Below are positions 63,239 through 64,000 of a stretch of DNA of 64,000 bases, one piece after another. How positions within the stretch are numbered: position 1 is the stretch's first letter; each line of letters starts with the position of its first letter. A program made the position numbers and the translations under genes. The notes below the pieces were generated by a model. The model was not told where the DNA came from and ran no database searches. It saw only the letters and a list, made by a program, of their open reading frames with translations. Source of the DNA: Amoebidium appalachense. Its lineage: Eukaryota; Protista; Ichthyosporea. Location: assembly GCA_963693365.1 (NCBI GenBank), contig CAVNZM010000005.1, positions 6,888,210 through 6,952,209 on the forward strand, read 5' to 3'.

Positions 63239-64000
63239 TCACTTAAGAATAGAGGCGAATACACGTGTGGTGGTGGCAGCAATGGAGGCCGGACGAAGTC
63301 GAGTATAGATCAGGAAGCAGTCGGAGGACCACCGGCCGAGTTGTTTGATCCGGGAGTCGTCGACCCCGGCCTCAGCCAGTGCTGTGGCCCCCCCGATGCG
63401 GAGGCTGTGTCCGGCAAACCGGGAGGGTGAGAGGCCTGCCCGGGAGAGGAGGGCACGGAAATCGGCAGAGAAAGCACTCTTGGTGTAGGGGATGCCACCG
63501 AGACTGAAGAGGGGGTCGTCGGGTTGACCGGACAAGTTGTAGCCAGGAACTGCCGGAGGAGATGGGCTGGGGAGAAGTGGGTGAGGGGCAGGGCAGCTAG
63601 GGTGACGTTGACACCTCGGGCCTGTACATCCGTCTTAGAGGTTGGCAGGTGGAGGGTGGCATGGGACAAAGTCCCGGTGGGGGTGTAGCTGAAGGTCACA
63701 TCCTTCCGTTTAACGTGACGGGACGGGTCGAAAGAAGTCAGGGTCTTGGAGGTAAATTCCCCTGAACGGAGGAGACCACAGAAACCGACGATGAGGGCCG
63801 TCCATAGCCGGAGATTGGCCGAGGAGGCCTTGGTGGGGCACTGGCCATGGAGTAGGCGGAGGTGGGAGGGGAGGAGGGGTTCCCTGGACCAGGTGGATGA
63901 GCGGGGTCGGATGTTGTGAGAAAGCTGCCATCGGCCTACCCCCCGGAGGAACCAGGCCAGAGACTTGTCGTGGGGGTAGGGAGCAGGGAGGCCCATGTCG
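63239..64000 (-). pseudogene. Tyrosine recombinase of a DIRS/Ngaro-type retrotransposon (frameshifted, runs off window)
   Basis: Catalytic R (GLLRSGE), K (SKTD), HxxR (GHSLRIGGAT), W (LGRWSS) and Y (IYTR) are split across ORFs 63310-63996 and 63239-63535 by a frameshift near 63535. Confidence 0.88.

Overview
Eukaryotic, intron-rich genomic window whose introns are packed with (CA)n/(GT)n and poly-G/poly-C tracts. Gene content suggests a unicellular opisthokont, possibly an ichthyosporean (inference only). The first ~52 kb is gene space: a GT61/EOGT-like glycosyltransferase (+), a probable degraded WD40 pseudogene, an intronless coiled-coil ORF, an intronless SLC35A nucleotide-sugar transporter, and three multi-exon minus-strand genes (GRWD1/RRB1, TCTP, GBA2). 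The last ~11 kb is a transposon cluster with three parts. (i) A Ty3/Gypsy chromovirus derivative rearranged into a 3.2-kb element with perfect 170-bp terminal inverted repeats (two U5-type ends) and a 5-bp target-site duplication. (ii) A putative CACTA/CMC-type DNA element with TATTGCCAA subterminal repeats that carries an apparently intact 8-exon gene: a KDM4-like JmjC histone demethylase joined to an unknown C-terminal region, a candidate transposon-encoded anti-silencing system. (iii) A DIRS/Ngaro tyrosine-recombinase element interrupted by a CMC-type MITE. Other signals: a long miRNA-like hairpin near 10.6 kb, (CA)n-defined 3' splice sites, and tandem copies of a GRWD1 exon end. Most listed six-frame ORFs are microsatellite artefacts. 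Gene models were built by eye and are unverified.
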